From the NCBI GenBank assembly GCA_964398485.1, contig CAYNMD010000003.1:1334-65333 (forward strand): 64,000 nucleotides of DNA, given 5' to 3'. The stretch comes from an uncultured Bdellovibrionales bacterium. Its GTDB lineage: Bacteria > Patescibacteriota > Minisyncoccia > Moranbacterales > UBA1568. Below the pieces are notes generated by a model. It was not told the origin of the DNA. It saw only the letters and a list, made by a program, of their open reading frames with translations, and made no database searches. Every line of letters begins with the position of its first letter. Positions within the stretch are counted from its first letter, which is position 1. A program made the position numbers and the translations under genes. Positions 38,878 through 48,339 of this stretch are shown here, in pieces.

Positions 38878-40845
38878 ATGCGTGAAACGCACTATATAGA
38901 TATTGATGAGGAAATAATTACCGCGGTAAGTCGCCTGCGACATTCGAACCAGGTGGAGAACGTTTTTGTTTTCCCTAAGCGAGCCCTGATTCTCCAAAGC
39001 ATTGTAAATCTACGTCTTTTGGAAAGAGAGGCTCAAAAACTTGGAAAAAAAATCATTATTACTACTCAGGATGAGGCTGGGAAAAAGCTAGCCGAGCGAG
39101 CGGGATTAATGGTTGAGGCTTACAGTGAAAGAGTCCCTCTCGAGCACATTATTCCTCAGCAGAAAATTACGAGTGAGCCAATACCTGTAAACGGAGCTGC
39201 TAAATCATCCCTAATGAGTCCTGCTTCGATTCCTGTTACGAGCGAGACATTAGGGAGTTCCGATTTCTATGCCCCTCCTCAGGTTATTTCACCATCAGAT
39301 CAAGGAATGCCACTCACCCAGGAATCAGCTTCCATTCGTCAGACAATGCCATTACCTCGACCTATTCGAGTTCGCAATTCTAATCCCTCCACTCTTACGA
39401 GCCTCAACTCTATGCGAAGCGACGGGGTAGTAGCGCGACCACCAATCAATCCAGTAACACGGCAGGCGCCAACATCTCCGGTGACTCGTCCAATCCCGAT
39501 GGTTCAAGAGGAAAAAAGTCACGCTGCACCACTTCAGACACCAGTATCAATTCGCCAGGGACGCCTAGAAAGATTCATGGGGGGCAATAATCAATCAATA
39601 GCAAAGAGTGTACCTCCAACCAAGGAACGAGAAGTATCTACGGAAAGATATTCTTCATCAAGTAAACGAGGTGGCGACAGCACCTCATTTCGTTGGGCAA
39701 TTCCTTTCGGGATAATGCTTTTTATTGGAGGTATCGGTTTCTTGGGCTGGTATGTTTTCTTTCCAAAAGTTGTTATTACGCTTACCCCTCAATCTGCTGA
39801 ACAGGTCGTAAAATTACAAATATCGGCTGCTGCTGGATCTGGTGACGCTGCTACCGTTGCTGCTCGGGTGATAAGTTTTGAAAAAACGTTTCAGACAAAG
39901 GATTCGGCAACGGGCACAGCTGCTGCTGGTGATGCGAGTAAGGCTCGGGGGAGTATCCGTATTTATAATGATTTTAGTAGTGATAGCCAACCCTTGGTAG
40001 CAACAACGCGATTTGAAACTGCTGATGGAAAAATATTTCGTCTGGTCCAAAGTGTTGTGGTCCCTGGGGTAAAGGAGAAGGATGGGAAGCGTGAACGAGG
40101 AGTAGTAGAGGCGGTTGTGGTAGCTGATCAGGCTGGGTCTCAGTATAATGTTTCTCCAACCAAATTTACTATCCCTGGATTTAAAGGAGGGTCAAAGTAT
40201 GAAAAATTTAGCGCTGAATCAGTTCAAAAATTTAATGGAGGGAGTGATGGCGGGGTCGGTGGAGGTACGACGCAAAAACTGGTTTCAAATGACGACAAAG
40301 AGCGAGCGGCTAAAAAAACAATCGATGAATCTCGCTCACATGTTCTTGAAGAGGTGAGAAAGCAGCTTGGAGAGGAAGAAGAGCTTCTTGAAGATTCTCT
40401 TTTGATTGAGAAGATTTCTGATACCGTTACACCGACGGTAGGGAGTGCGGCGGCAGAATTTACTTACGAAGGACGTTATTTAGTTAAGGTTTTTGTTATC
40501 AATGAAACCGAAGTGAAAAAAAGAATTGAGGCAGAAAGAGTGAATGCCTCCGGGGTAAGTCTCTCTCCGAAAGCATATACTAAAAAATACACGGCACTCC
40601 TTCCAAAGTATGAAACCAGCCAGGTGGATATGACCGTGGAGAGTACCATTCTCTTTGAAGCACCCATTGATATAGCAATGGTTCGTCAAAATCTCTTGGG
40701 TAGGAATGAGGCTGGAATCAAAGAATTTCTAGGATCTCACCCAGAAATTGAGCGGCTTCAGGTAGAGTTTAAACCGCAACTTCTCGTCTCCACTATCCCC
40801 GAAGATGCAGATCGGGTTGAGGTGGAGCTACTTACAGCTCAGTAG
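38878..40845 (+). CDS. bitopic membrane protein of unknown function in division-gene position
   Basis: About 80-aa N-terminal domain, Pro/Ser-rich linker, single TM (WAIPFGIMLFIGGIGFLGWYVFF), about 370-aa extracytoplasmic domain; no ftsZ follows ftsA. Confidence 0.4.
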   Translation: MRETHYIDIDEEIITAVSRLRHSNQVENVFVFPKRALILQSIVNLRLLEREAQKLGKKIIITTQDEAGKKLAERAGLMVEAYSERVPLEHIIPQQKITSEPIPVNGAAKSSLMSPASIPVTSETLGSSDFYAPPQVISPSDQGMPLTQESASIRQTMPLPRPIRVRNSNPSTLTSLNSMRSDGVVARPPINPVTRQAPTSPVTRPIPMVQEEKSHAAPLQTPVSIRQGRLERFMGGNNQSIAKSVPPTKEREVSTERYSSSSKRGGDSTSFRWAIPFGIMLFIGGIGFLGWYVFFPKVVITLTPQSAEQVVKLQISAAAGSGDAATVAARVISFEKTFQTKDSATGTAAAGDASKARGSIRIYNDFSSDSQPLVATTRFETADGKIFRLVQSVVVPGVKEKDGKRERGVVEAVVVADQAGSQYNVSPTKFTIPGFKGGSKYEKFSAESVQKFNGGSDGGVGGGTTQKLVSNDDKERAAKKTIDESRSHVLEEVRKQLGEEEELLEDSLLIEKISDTVTPTVGSAAAEFTYEGRYLVKVFVINETEVKKRIEAERVNASGVSLSPKAYTKKYTALLPKYETSQVDMTVESTILFEAPIDIAMVRQNLLGRNEAGIKEFLGSHPEIERLQVEFKPQLLVSTIPEDADRVEVELLTAQ

Positions 40846-40926
40846 TACTGAGAATAGCTGATTGATAAAAATATGATTTTTTGGTAAGCTGTCTTCGCTT
40901 CGGATTTTCTCTATTAAAGAATTCTT

Positions 40927-41196
40927 ATGGCTAGTGAACCATCACAAGAAGAGCTCGATAGACGCCAGAGCCGAAGGAGAATTGAGAGTGACCTGTTTGC
41001 TCTTGAAGCTGAAAGTTCTGGTATGGTTCGTCGTCGTGATGATCAGATAGTCTTACTACAAAATTTGCGTCAAAAAGAACGTTTGGCTCAGGCTCAAGTT
41101 ACTGAGGCTGAAACTGAACTTGAGAGATTTGAAGCAAGAATTCTTGAGAAGCAGGGGGAAATCGACCGTCTAAAGAAGAAACTTCGTCTTTTATGA
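40927..41196 (+). CDS. coiled-coil protein, hypothetical
   Basis: 89 aa, heptad-rich, no TM. Confidence 0.3.
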   Translation: MASEPSQEELDRRQSRRRIESDLFALEAESSGMVRRRDDQIVLLQNLRQKERLAQAQVTEAETELERFEARILEKQGEIDRLKKKLRLL

Positions 41197-41411
41197 CTCA
41201 GGATACCTATCTTCGTATAGTAAAGCAGGTATTAGCAACCGATTCGAGTGTTCGGGTCTATGATTCTCATCAATCAAAACTCAATTCTTTAGCGAGGCGC
41301 GTTGCTCGGGGGGAGTGCTCTCCAAAAGATACTATTGCTGATATCGAGAGTATTTTTCATCCTTGGATAAGCCGATCGCTTAAAGAGAGTCTTGAAAGAG
41401 CTCTTCGTTAA
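41193..41411 (+). CDS. hypothetical protein
   Basis: 72 aa, start overlaps previous stop. Confidence 0.3.
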   Translation: MTQDTYLRIVKQVLATDSSVRVYDSHQSKLNSLARRVARGECSPKDTIADIESIFHPWISRSLKESLERALR

Positions 41412-41429
41412 TCTATACCACTACCAGTT

Positions 41430-43196
41430 ATGCTGACATCACAAGAATTACGAGAGAAATACCTGGCTTTTTTTAAAGAACGTAGCCACGCGGTTATTCC
41501 CTCTGCTCCACTCGTGCCAGAAAATGATCCCTCGGTACTGTTTAACACCGCTGGAATGCAGCCACTTGTTCCCTATCTCCTCGGGAAGCCACACCCAATG
41601 GGAAAGCGCATCGTAGACGTTCAAAAATGTGTCCGTACAGGAGATATTGATGATGTGGGTGATGATACCCATCTTACTTTTTTTGAAATGCTTGGTAATT
41701 GGTCTCTTGGAGATTATTTTAAACAGGATTCAATAGAATGGTCTTGGGAGTTTTTGACAAGCAAAGAGTGGCTTGGCCTTGATCCAAAAATGCTCTCAGT
41801 AACTGTTTTTGAGGGGGATGCTAATGCTCCGCGAGATGAAGAATCTGCATCGATTTGGAAATCACTGGGAGTCCCAGAAAATCGCATCGCTTATCTTCCT
41901 GCTGAAGATAACTGGTGGGCAGCTGGACCAACTGGTCCTTGTGGTCCAGATACAGAAATATTTTATTGGGTTGGAGCAGGAGAACCTCAGGGTAATAAAG
42001 GATCCCATTCCAGGGAGTGGATGGAGATTTGGAATAATGTTTTCATGCAATATAACCGTATTGATGAGAAGACTCTCGAAAAGCTTCCTGCCCCCTGTGT
42101 CGATACGGGTATGGGACTTGAGCGCACGATTGTGACTTTGAATGGACTGAAACATGTCTATGAAACAGATGCTTTTTCTGATGCTTTGCGGAATATCAGA
42201 GAGAAGGTAGGAGAGGGAAGCTATCAGGAGCGTTCAGCTCGTATTATCGTCGATCATCTCAGAGCAGCTACGCATATGATTGCTGATGGGGTGGTGCCAA
42301 AAAATGTTGACCAAGGGTATATTCTTCGTCGTCTCATCCGTCGGGCTATTCGAGAGTTCTACAAAATGGGTTATGAAAAACCAGTTGTTGCTGATATCGC
42401 CGAACTCTTTATTGCTAAGTTTGAAACAGTGTATACAACAGTAAAAGAACGTAAAGCAACCATTCTAGAGGAGCTTATTCGTGAGGAGACCAAATTTAGG
42501 AATACTCTTGCCAAGGGTCTAAAAGAATTTGAACAACGTATCAAAGCAGAAGACTTTTCCGGTAAAGATGCCTTTGATCTTTTTTCTACGTACGGTTTTC
42601 CATTAGAAATGACCCAAGAACTCGCGCGAGAAAAGAATATTTCTATTGACCCATCCTCCTTTCGGGAAGAATTCAAAAAACATCAAGACCTTTCCCGAAC
42701 TGCAGCTGCTGGAAAATTTAAGGGCGGATTAGGCGGGGATAGTCCTAAAATTACTGCTTTTCATACAGCAACCCATCTCATGCTCGCAGCGCTCAGGAAA
42801 GAGCTCGGAACTCATATCCATCAGGCTGGATCAAATATTACCGAAGAGCGCACTCGTTTTGATTTTACTCATCCAGAAAAGGTATCCCGGGAAGTATTGG
42901 ATCGAGTGGAAAACTATGTCAATGAGGCTATTACGGCTGGGGCAGAAGTTACTATTACGGTCATGCCCAAAGAAGAGGCCAAGGCTCAGGGGGTAGAGGG
43001 AAGTTTTTGGGAAAAATACCCAGATAAAGTCAATGTGTATCAGGTAAAGAGTCGTGATACGATCTATTCACAAGAGCTTTGTGGTGGTCCTCATGTTGCC
43101 AACACCCAAGAGATAGGACATTTTGGTCGGTTTCGAATCATCAAAGAAGAGGCTTCTTCAGCTGGTGTGCGTCGTGTCAAAGGTATATTTGAGTAA
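41430..43196 (+). CDS. alaS: alanine--tRNA ligase, compact form (catalytic plus editing domain, no C-Ala domain)
   Basis: Class II motifs (FFEMLGNWSLGDYFK, GMGLERT), editing-domain HTATHLMLAAL...ERTRFDF; only 588 aa. Confidence 0.85.
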   Translation: MLTSQELREKYLAFFKERSHAVIPSAPLVPENDPSVLFNTAGMQPLVPYLLGKPHPMGKRIVDVQKCVRTGDIDDVGDDTHLTFFEMLGNWSLGDYFKQDSIEWSWEFLTSKEWLGLDPKMLSVTVFEGDANAPRDEESASIWKSLGVPENRIAYLPAEDNWWAAGPTGPCGPDTEIFYWVGAGEPQGNKGSHSREWMEIWNNVFMQYNRIDEKTLEKLPAPCVDTGMGLERTIVTLNGLKHVYETDAFSDALRNIREKVGEGSYQERSARIIVDHLRAATHMIADGVVPKNVDQGYILRRLIRRAIREFYKMGYEKPVVADIAELFIAKFETVYTTVKERKATILEELIREETKFRNTLAKGLKEFEQRIKAEDFSGKDAFDLFSTYGFPLEMTQELAREKNISIDPSSFREEFKKHQDLSRTAAAGKFKGGLGGDSPKITAFHTATHLMLAALRKELGTHIHQAGSNITEERTRFDFTHPEKVSREVLDRVENYVNEAITAGAEVTITVMPKEEAKAQGVEGSFWEKYPDKVNVYQVKSRDTIYSQELCGGPHVANTQEIGHFGRFRIIKEEASSAGVRRVKGIFE

Positions 43197-43218
43197 AATA
43201 TTTTCCCATAAAATAATG

Positions 43219-43258
43219 CAGCCCGCTGATATTCTTGTTGGAATAAGCGGGCTGTTTT
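43219..43258. terminator. bidirectional rho-independent terminator
   Basis: Perfect CAGCCCGCT / AGCGGGCTG stem with 17-nt loop, followed by TTTT. Confidence 0.6.
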
Positions 43259-43301
43259 CATGATGACTTGGTGCGAGAGTAACTTGCTGGAGCTACTCGT
43301 G

Positions 43302-43862
43302 CTAGCCTGCCTTGCGCAGTGCTGTAGCAGGTACCCGAGCTTGAGTGCCCTTTACTCTCCCGCGGATGAGGACCCTCTCATCCGTCTCAATGGTTGATGG
43401 TTGTCCTGGCGTGAGATGGAGTGGTGACTCGACGATCGTATCGCGCGGGTCTTCTACTACTACCCAGGGAGGCGGACCTAGATGCTGCTCAAGTTGAGCA
43501 TGTGTTTGAGCCTCGATCCCTAACACAAGGGTAACGAGCTCGCCGTTATCGAAGATGCTCTCCATGGAAGTCGGTTGGGTTGATACAGGAACTGGAGCAA
43601 TCCCTTCTTGTAGCGACTCGAATCCAGCTGTCACTCTATCCATGAGCGCCTGGGTTTCGTGAAACTCCAAGTTTGTAGTTAGCATATATGCTTCCTCTGG
43701 ATATTTTGTGTACTTCCCCGGGTAAGGGGACACAAGATTCAAACCAAGCTCCACGGGCGCATCCAGACTTGTTGTTAAAGTCCTAAACGCCCGAGTGTAC
43801 TCCGAAAGTATACTTGAGTCAAGAGCGCTGGTCAAAGGCTTATACAAGCCAAAAGTTGACAA
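43302..43862 (-). CDS. hypothetical protein (GC-rich ORFan)
   Basis: 186 aa ORF on minus strand, GC-rich relative to neighbours; no family recognised. Confidence 0.35.
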   Translation of the reverse strand: MSTFGLYKPLTSALDSSILSEYTRAFRTLTTSLDAPVELGLNLVSPYPGKYTKYPEEAYMLTTNLEFHETQALMDRVTAGFESLQEGIAPVPVSTQPTSMESIFDNGELVTLVLGIEAQTHAQLEQHLGPPPWVVVEDPRDTIVESPLHLTPGQPSTIETDERVLIRGRVKGTQARVPATALRKAG

Positions 43863-43906
43863 AATAACGGGAGTGCGCTAGAGTAGTCAGGTATCAAAAA
43901 CTATCT

Positions 43907-44212
43907 ATGATTGCTATTATCCAAACCGGTGGCAAGCAGTACCAGGTGACTGTCGGCACCAAACTCAAAATCGAGAAGCTGGAGGCTGCTGTTGGTGAAA
44001 CGGTGACCTTTCCTGCCCTCTTTGTTGGTGATGAAAAGAAGGTTGCGGTAGGTATTCCCGAACTCAAAGAAAAGGTATCAGCTACCGTTCTCGCTCACGG
44101 GAAAATGGCTGAAGTAAAAGGTATTCGTCATAAGGCTAAAAAGCGAGAGCTTACTCGTTATGGGCACCGCCAGCCTTGTACTGAAGTAGAAATCACTCAG
44201 ATTGGCGCCTAG
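43907..44212 (+). CDS. rplU: 50S ribosomal protein L21
   Basis: MIAIIQTGGKQYQVTVG hallmark L21 start. Confidence 0.9.
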   Translation: MIAIIQTGGKQYQVTVGTKLKIEKLEAAVGETVTFPALFVGDEKKVAVGIPELKEKVSATVLAHGKMAEVKGIRHKAKKRELTRYGHRQPCTEVEITQIGA

Positions 44213-44220
44213 TAAAATAA

Positions 44221-44250
44221 AAACCCGCTCACCGGAGCGGGTTTTTTGTT
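44221..44250. terminator. bidirectional rho-independent terminator (rplU / recR)
   Basis: AAACCCGCTC-accg-GAGCGGGTTT followed by TTTTGTT. Confidence 0.65.
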
Positions 44251-44260
44251 GTCCTCTTTT

Positions 44261-44854
44261 TCAGAGTGTTTGACGATTATTGAGCGAAGAAGAGAGAGTG
44301 AGCTCATCAACGTATTCGATATCACCACCGGTAGCCATACCACGGGCAATACGAGTTATCTTGGTAGGCAGGTCTTTAAGTTTTGTTTTCAGGAAAAGGG
44401 AGGTGAGATCTCCTTCAGTAGTTGGGTTAAGCGCTAATATGACCTCTTTGATATGCTCACTTTCAATACGAGAAAGAAGCTCGCTTATATGAAGCTCTTG
44501 TTCCTTGGCGTTATTACTACCTTCAAGTACTCCGCCAAGCACATGATATCTTCCCTCAAAACTTCCTGTCCGTTCAATGGCGATCACATCAAGTGGTTCT
44601 TCTACGACACAGAGAACGCCATTTGATCGCTTTGCATCATTACAGAAGACACATAGGTGATTCTCTGTGATGTAGAAACATCGTTCACAGGGTTTAAGTC
44701 CGCTGAGATTTTCTAGGCACTCCGCAAAAGCAGTGAGTTTTGACGCATCTTGTTTGAAGAGATAGAGCACGAGTCGCTCGGCCATTTTTGGACCTATGGA
44801 TGGAAGACTGGAGAAGTGGGCGATCAAGTTCTGAAAGGCCTTTGGATACTGCAT
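44261..44854 (-). CDS. recR: recombination protein RecR
   Basis: HhH LPSIGPKMAERL, C4 zinc finger CERCFYITENHLCVFC, Toprim. Confidence 0.9.
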   Translation of the reverse strand: MQYPKAFQNLIAHFSSLPSIGPKMAERLVLYLFKQDASKLTAFAECLENLSGLKPCERCFYITENHLCVFCNDAKRSNGVLCVVEEPLDVIAIERTGSFEGRYHVLGGVLEGSNNAKEQELHISELLSRIESEHIKEVILALNPTTEGDLTSLFLKTKLKDLPTKITRIARGMATGGDIEYVDELTLSSSLNNRQTL

Positions 44855-44882
44855 AACCTAATAGATCTCTATTTTTTATGTA

Positions 44883-46265
44883 TTATTCGTGAGTACCCAT
44901 GGGGGGCTGATGAATTTTTTCGAGACTCTTGTAGCTCGCTGAGTTTTCCTCAAAGAAGAGGGTTACTTGGCCTACGGGACCATTACGATGTTTGGCAATA
45001 ATAACCTCAACAATGCCTTTGTTAGGGGTGTCTGGTCTTACTCTATCTTCACGATACAGGAACATAACAACGTCAGCATCTTGTTCGATACTTCCTGATT
45101 CACGGAGATCGGAAAGTTTTGGTCTTTGATCTGGTCTTGATTCTACTGCACGAGAAAGCTGGGAAAGAGCTACGATAGGAATATTGAGTTCACGAGCAAG
45201 TTGTTTCAGTCCTCGAGAAATTTCGGAAATTTCCTGAACGCGGTTGTCGCCTGAACGCGCTCGCCCTTCCATAAGCTGGAGATAGTCGATGATAATAAGT
45301 CCGAGATTATGTTCAGCTTGGAGACGTCTTGCCATAGTACGCATTTCCATGATGTTGAGCGATCCGGAGTCATCGATAAAAATAGGGGCTTCAGAGAGTA
45401 CTCCCATGGCATCGGAGAGTTTCTCAAAGTCATTGTCAGGTCCTTCGCTTTTGAGTTTACCTGTACGAAGGCGCCAAAGGTCTACTCCTGCCTGAGCGGC
45501 AAGCATACGGTCAATAAGTTGATCAGAACCCATTTCAAGAGAGAAAATACCAACCGGTACTTTGGCATGGATACCTACTTGGCGAGCAATATCAAGAGCG
45601 AAAGAGGTTTTACCAACCGATGGCCTAGCAGCCAAAATAACAAGATCTGACTTTTGGAGGCCAGCCAGAATATTATCAAGATCAGGAAAGTGGGTGGGGA
45701 CACCGCGCATAGCCCCACTGTTTTTATGGAGCTCGTCAATACGGTCAAAGGCTGATTCCAAAACACTGCGAATAGAGATGAAATCTTGCTTGATGTATTT
45801 TTGAGAAATTTGAAAAAGCTTTTGCTCAGCTTCATCGAGCACTTTTTGGACATCTTCAGAGTCGTCATATCCCATCTCGACGATTTCTGAAGCTGCTCCG
45901 ATGAGTCTCCGAAGAAGGGCTTTTTTCTGTACAAGTTTGGCGTAATGAACGATGTTGGAGGCTGAAGGGACAGAGTTTACCAGAGAAGCAAGGTAGCCTG
46001 ATCCACCCACTCGTTCGAGTTCTTTTTTCTCTTCGAGACGGTTGGCGAGAGAAAGTACATCAATTGGCTCGCGTTCCTCGTAGAGCGCGAGCATGGATTC
46101 ATAGATACGGTTGTGATCTTCCTTGTAGAAATCACCCACCTTCACGAGGTCAGCCACTTTAATAATGGCGTCTTTTTCAAGCATGAGGGCTCCCAAAACT
46201 GATTGCTCGGCCTCGATTGAATGCGGGGGAATGCGGATATGAGTCGCGGTAGATTTTTCTGGCAT
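44883..46265 (-). CDS. dnaB: replicative DNA helicase DnaB
   Basis: Walker A ARPSVGKTSFAL, helicase motifs H1a-H4, N-terminal DnaB domain. Confidence 0.9.
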   Translation of the reverse strand: MPEKSTATHIRIPPHSIEAEQSVLGALMLEKDAIIKVADLVKVGDFYKEDHNRIYESMLALYEEREPIDVLSLANRLEEKKELERVGGSGYLASLVNSVPSASNIVHYAKLVQKKALLRRLIGAASEIVEMGYDDSEDVQKVLDEAEQKLFQISQKYIKQDFISIRSVLESAFDRIDELHKNSGAMRGVPTHFPDLDNILAGLQKSDLVILAARPSVGKTSFALDIARQVGIHAKVPVGIFSLEMGSDQLIDRMLAAQAGVDLWRLRTGKLKSEGPDNDFEKLSDAMGVLSEAPIFIDDSGSLNIMEMRTMARRLQAEHNLGLIIIDYLQLMEGRARSGDNRVQEISEISRGLKQLARELNIPIVALSQLSRAVESRPDQRPKLSDLRESGSIEQDADVVMFLYREDRVRPDTPNKGIVEVIIAKHRNGPVGQVTLFFEENSASYKSLEKIHQPPMGTHE

Positions 46266-46422
46266 AAGCAGGACTCGTTCAAAGATTGCAGTTTGTAGTA
46301 TATCGACTTTCTGAGGAGAGCGCTATGTGGACGGAGTGTTCATAAATCACTGATATTCTCTACTATTGACAAAATTAATGATTTATAATAAAGTCAAACT
46401 TCGTACCTTACCAGGAGATCCT

Positions 46423-46770
46423 ATGAATATGCCACGACCGGAGTTCATCCGTGGCATATTGCCTCGGGAGCTCATAGATGATCCGAGCATTGTCATGCTC
46501 AGTCCCAAGCCGTGTCAGCTGCATCGTCACACACCCATATTTGAGACGGTGTCGCATGGTGCTGGTGGTGCTGAGCGATTCGTCATTCTTCCCTCACCAG
46601 GAGTCTTGCAGGATCGCACGGTGCTGCACTATTTCACGAGCCCGCAGATCTATCGCTGGTGGATGAAGCATTGTGGTCGGGGCTTGCGTGGTGCCATCAT
46701 CTATCCGACCCTCTACAACGTCCAGGGAGAGAGAGTCTCTGGTGCTCTCCTTCTTGTAGCTTACGGCTGA
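46423..46770 (+). CDS. hypothetical protein (GC-rich ORFan)
   Basis: ATG at 46423 preceded by AGGAGATCC; 115 aa; higher GC than flanks. Confidence 0.3.
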   Translation: MNMPRPEFIRGILPRELIDDPSIVMLSPKPCQLHRHTPIFETVSHGAGGAERFVILPSPGVLQDRTVLHYFTSPQIYRWWMKHCGRGLRGAIIYPTLYNVQGERVSGALLLVAYG

Positions 46771-46807
46771 TGTCCATCGCGATGTCAGCCGTGAATTATT
46801 TCTAAAC

Positions 46808-48217
46808 TTACTTTCGTCTTACTTTTTGACCCTGTGGCGTGTCCTCTACCATAAAACCAAGCTTAAGAAATTCATCACGCAGTTCATCTGATCGATGGAA
46901 ATCTTTATTAGCCCGAGCTTGAGCTCGTTCATCGAGTAATGCCTGGACTTCACCAGGTATTTCTATAGCCTCCTCTCGGAGACCGAAAAGATCGTTTATT
47001 TTTTGGAAAAATGCAATGTGACGATCGGCATCAATAGGGGCACTTGTATCTAGAGCGAGATTGAGCTGTTGGCAGAGTTTTAGCGTTAAAGCCAAAACTT
47101 TGGGGGTATTGAGGTCATCATGAATAGCGGTGGTGACTTCAGTATCAATTTCGGAACCAAGGGTGTCTTGGGAATTTTGTTGGTTGGTGTAATTTTGCAG
47201 ACGTTCCACTACAGCAAAAATTGTTTCTTTGTTTTTCCGAGCCTGTGCCAATGCTTCCCAGGTGAAGTTCATTTGTGAACGGTAGTGGGCCGAAAGATAA
47301 AGCAATCTGAGATCCATAGCAGAATAACCACGCTCCTCGATATCTTCGAGTCGATAGAAATTCCCTTTGGACTTGGACATTTTTTCTCCATTGACGAGGA
47401 GGTGACGGGTATGGACCCAGTAGCGGACAAAGGGAGCGTCATTACCGCATTCACTCTGAGCAATCTCAGCTTCATGGTGAGGGAAGATATTGTCCTCACC
47501 GCCGGTATGAATATCGATCGTCGGGCCAAGGGTGGCGAGATTCATAGCCGAGCATTCGATATGCCAGCCTGGATAGCCGGTACCCCAGGGTGACTCCCAA
47601 TGCATCAGGTGTCCTTCGGGGCTTTTAAGCCAGAGAGCGAAGTCCCAAGGGTTTTTCTTATCGGGGTGTTCTTCGAGTCTGGCTCCAACTTTGAGTTTTT
47701 CCAAGGTGTTGCCTGAGAGCGCCCCGTATTGTTTGAACTGAGTCACATCAAAGAATACGTTGCCATTTTTTTCGTAAGCGAAACCTTTCTCAATGAGCCC
47801 TTGAATGAACTCGATCATCTGCGCTACATACGCTGTCGCTCGAGGTTCCTGATGAGCCCGTTTGATATTGAGCTTTTCTTCGGTGGTGTGATAATAGTCA
47901 GTGTAGAAACGAGCGATTTCTTCTGGTGTCCTTCCTTCTTTGGTAGCTTTTCTGACGAGTTTGTCTTCACCACTATCACCCTGACCGAGATCGTCGGCCG
48001 TGAGATGACCAACATCGGTGATGTTTTTGACATGCTCTACCGTGAGGCTATTGCTTTCGAGAGCGCGCCGCAAGGTGTCCGCCATTACATAGGACCTCAA
48101 ATTGCCGATATGGACATAATCATACACGGTTGGACCACAAGTATACATTTTTACTTGACCAGCCGTGAGCGGTTCAAAAACTTCTTTCTGTTTAGTGAGG
48201 GTATTGTAGAGTTCCAT
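46808..48217 (-). CDS. cysS: cysteine--tRNA ligase
   Basis: HIGH-type motif HIGN, KMSKS motif KMSKSKGN, class I catalytic core. Confidence 0.9.
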   Translation of the reverse strand: MELYNTLTKQKEVFEPLTAGQVKMYTCGPTVYDYVHIGNLRSYVMADTLRRALESNSLTVEHVKNITDVGHLTADDLGQGDSGEDKLVRKATKEGRTPEEIARFYTDYYHTTEEKLNIKRAHQEPRATAYVAQMIEFIQGLIEKGFAYEKNGNVFFDVTQFKQYGALSGNTLEKLKVGARLEEHPDKKNPWDFALWLKSPEGHLMHWESPWGTGYPGWHIECSAMNLATLGPTIDIHTGGEDNIFPHHEAEIAQSECGNDAPFVRYWVHTRHLLVNGEKMSKSKGNFYRLEDIEERGYSAMDLRLLYLSAHYRSQMNFTWEALAQARKNKETIFAVVERLQNYTNQQNSQDTLGSEIDTEVTTAIHDDLNTPKVLALTLKLCQQLNLALDTSAPIDADRHIAFFQKINDLFGLREEAIEIPGEVQALLDERAQARANKDFHRSDELRDEFLKLGFMVEDTPQGQKVRRK

Positions 48218-48267
48218 GACAAAAATGTTGTAGCTTTGCCTCTAGCATAGGGGTGAATGACGGTAAA

Positions 48268-48299
48268 ATCAAGAAAATCCCTGAACGGAGGGATTTTTG
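48268..48299. terminator. hairpin between corA and cysS
   Basis: AAATCCCT-gaacgg-AGGGATTT followed by TTGATTC. Confidence 0.3.
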
Positions 48300-48339
48300 A
48301 TTCTTCTGTTTTTAATGAGTATAGGGTGGCGGAGAGGAA

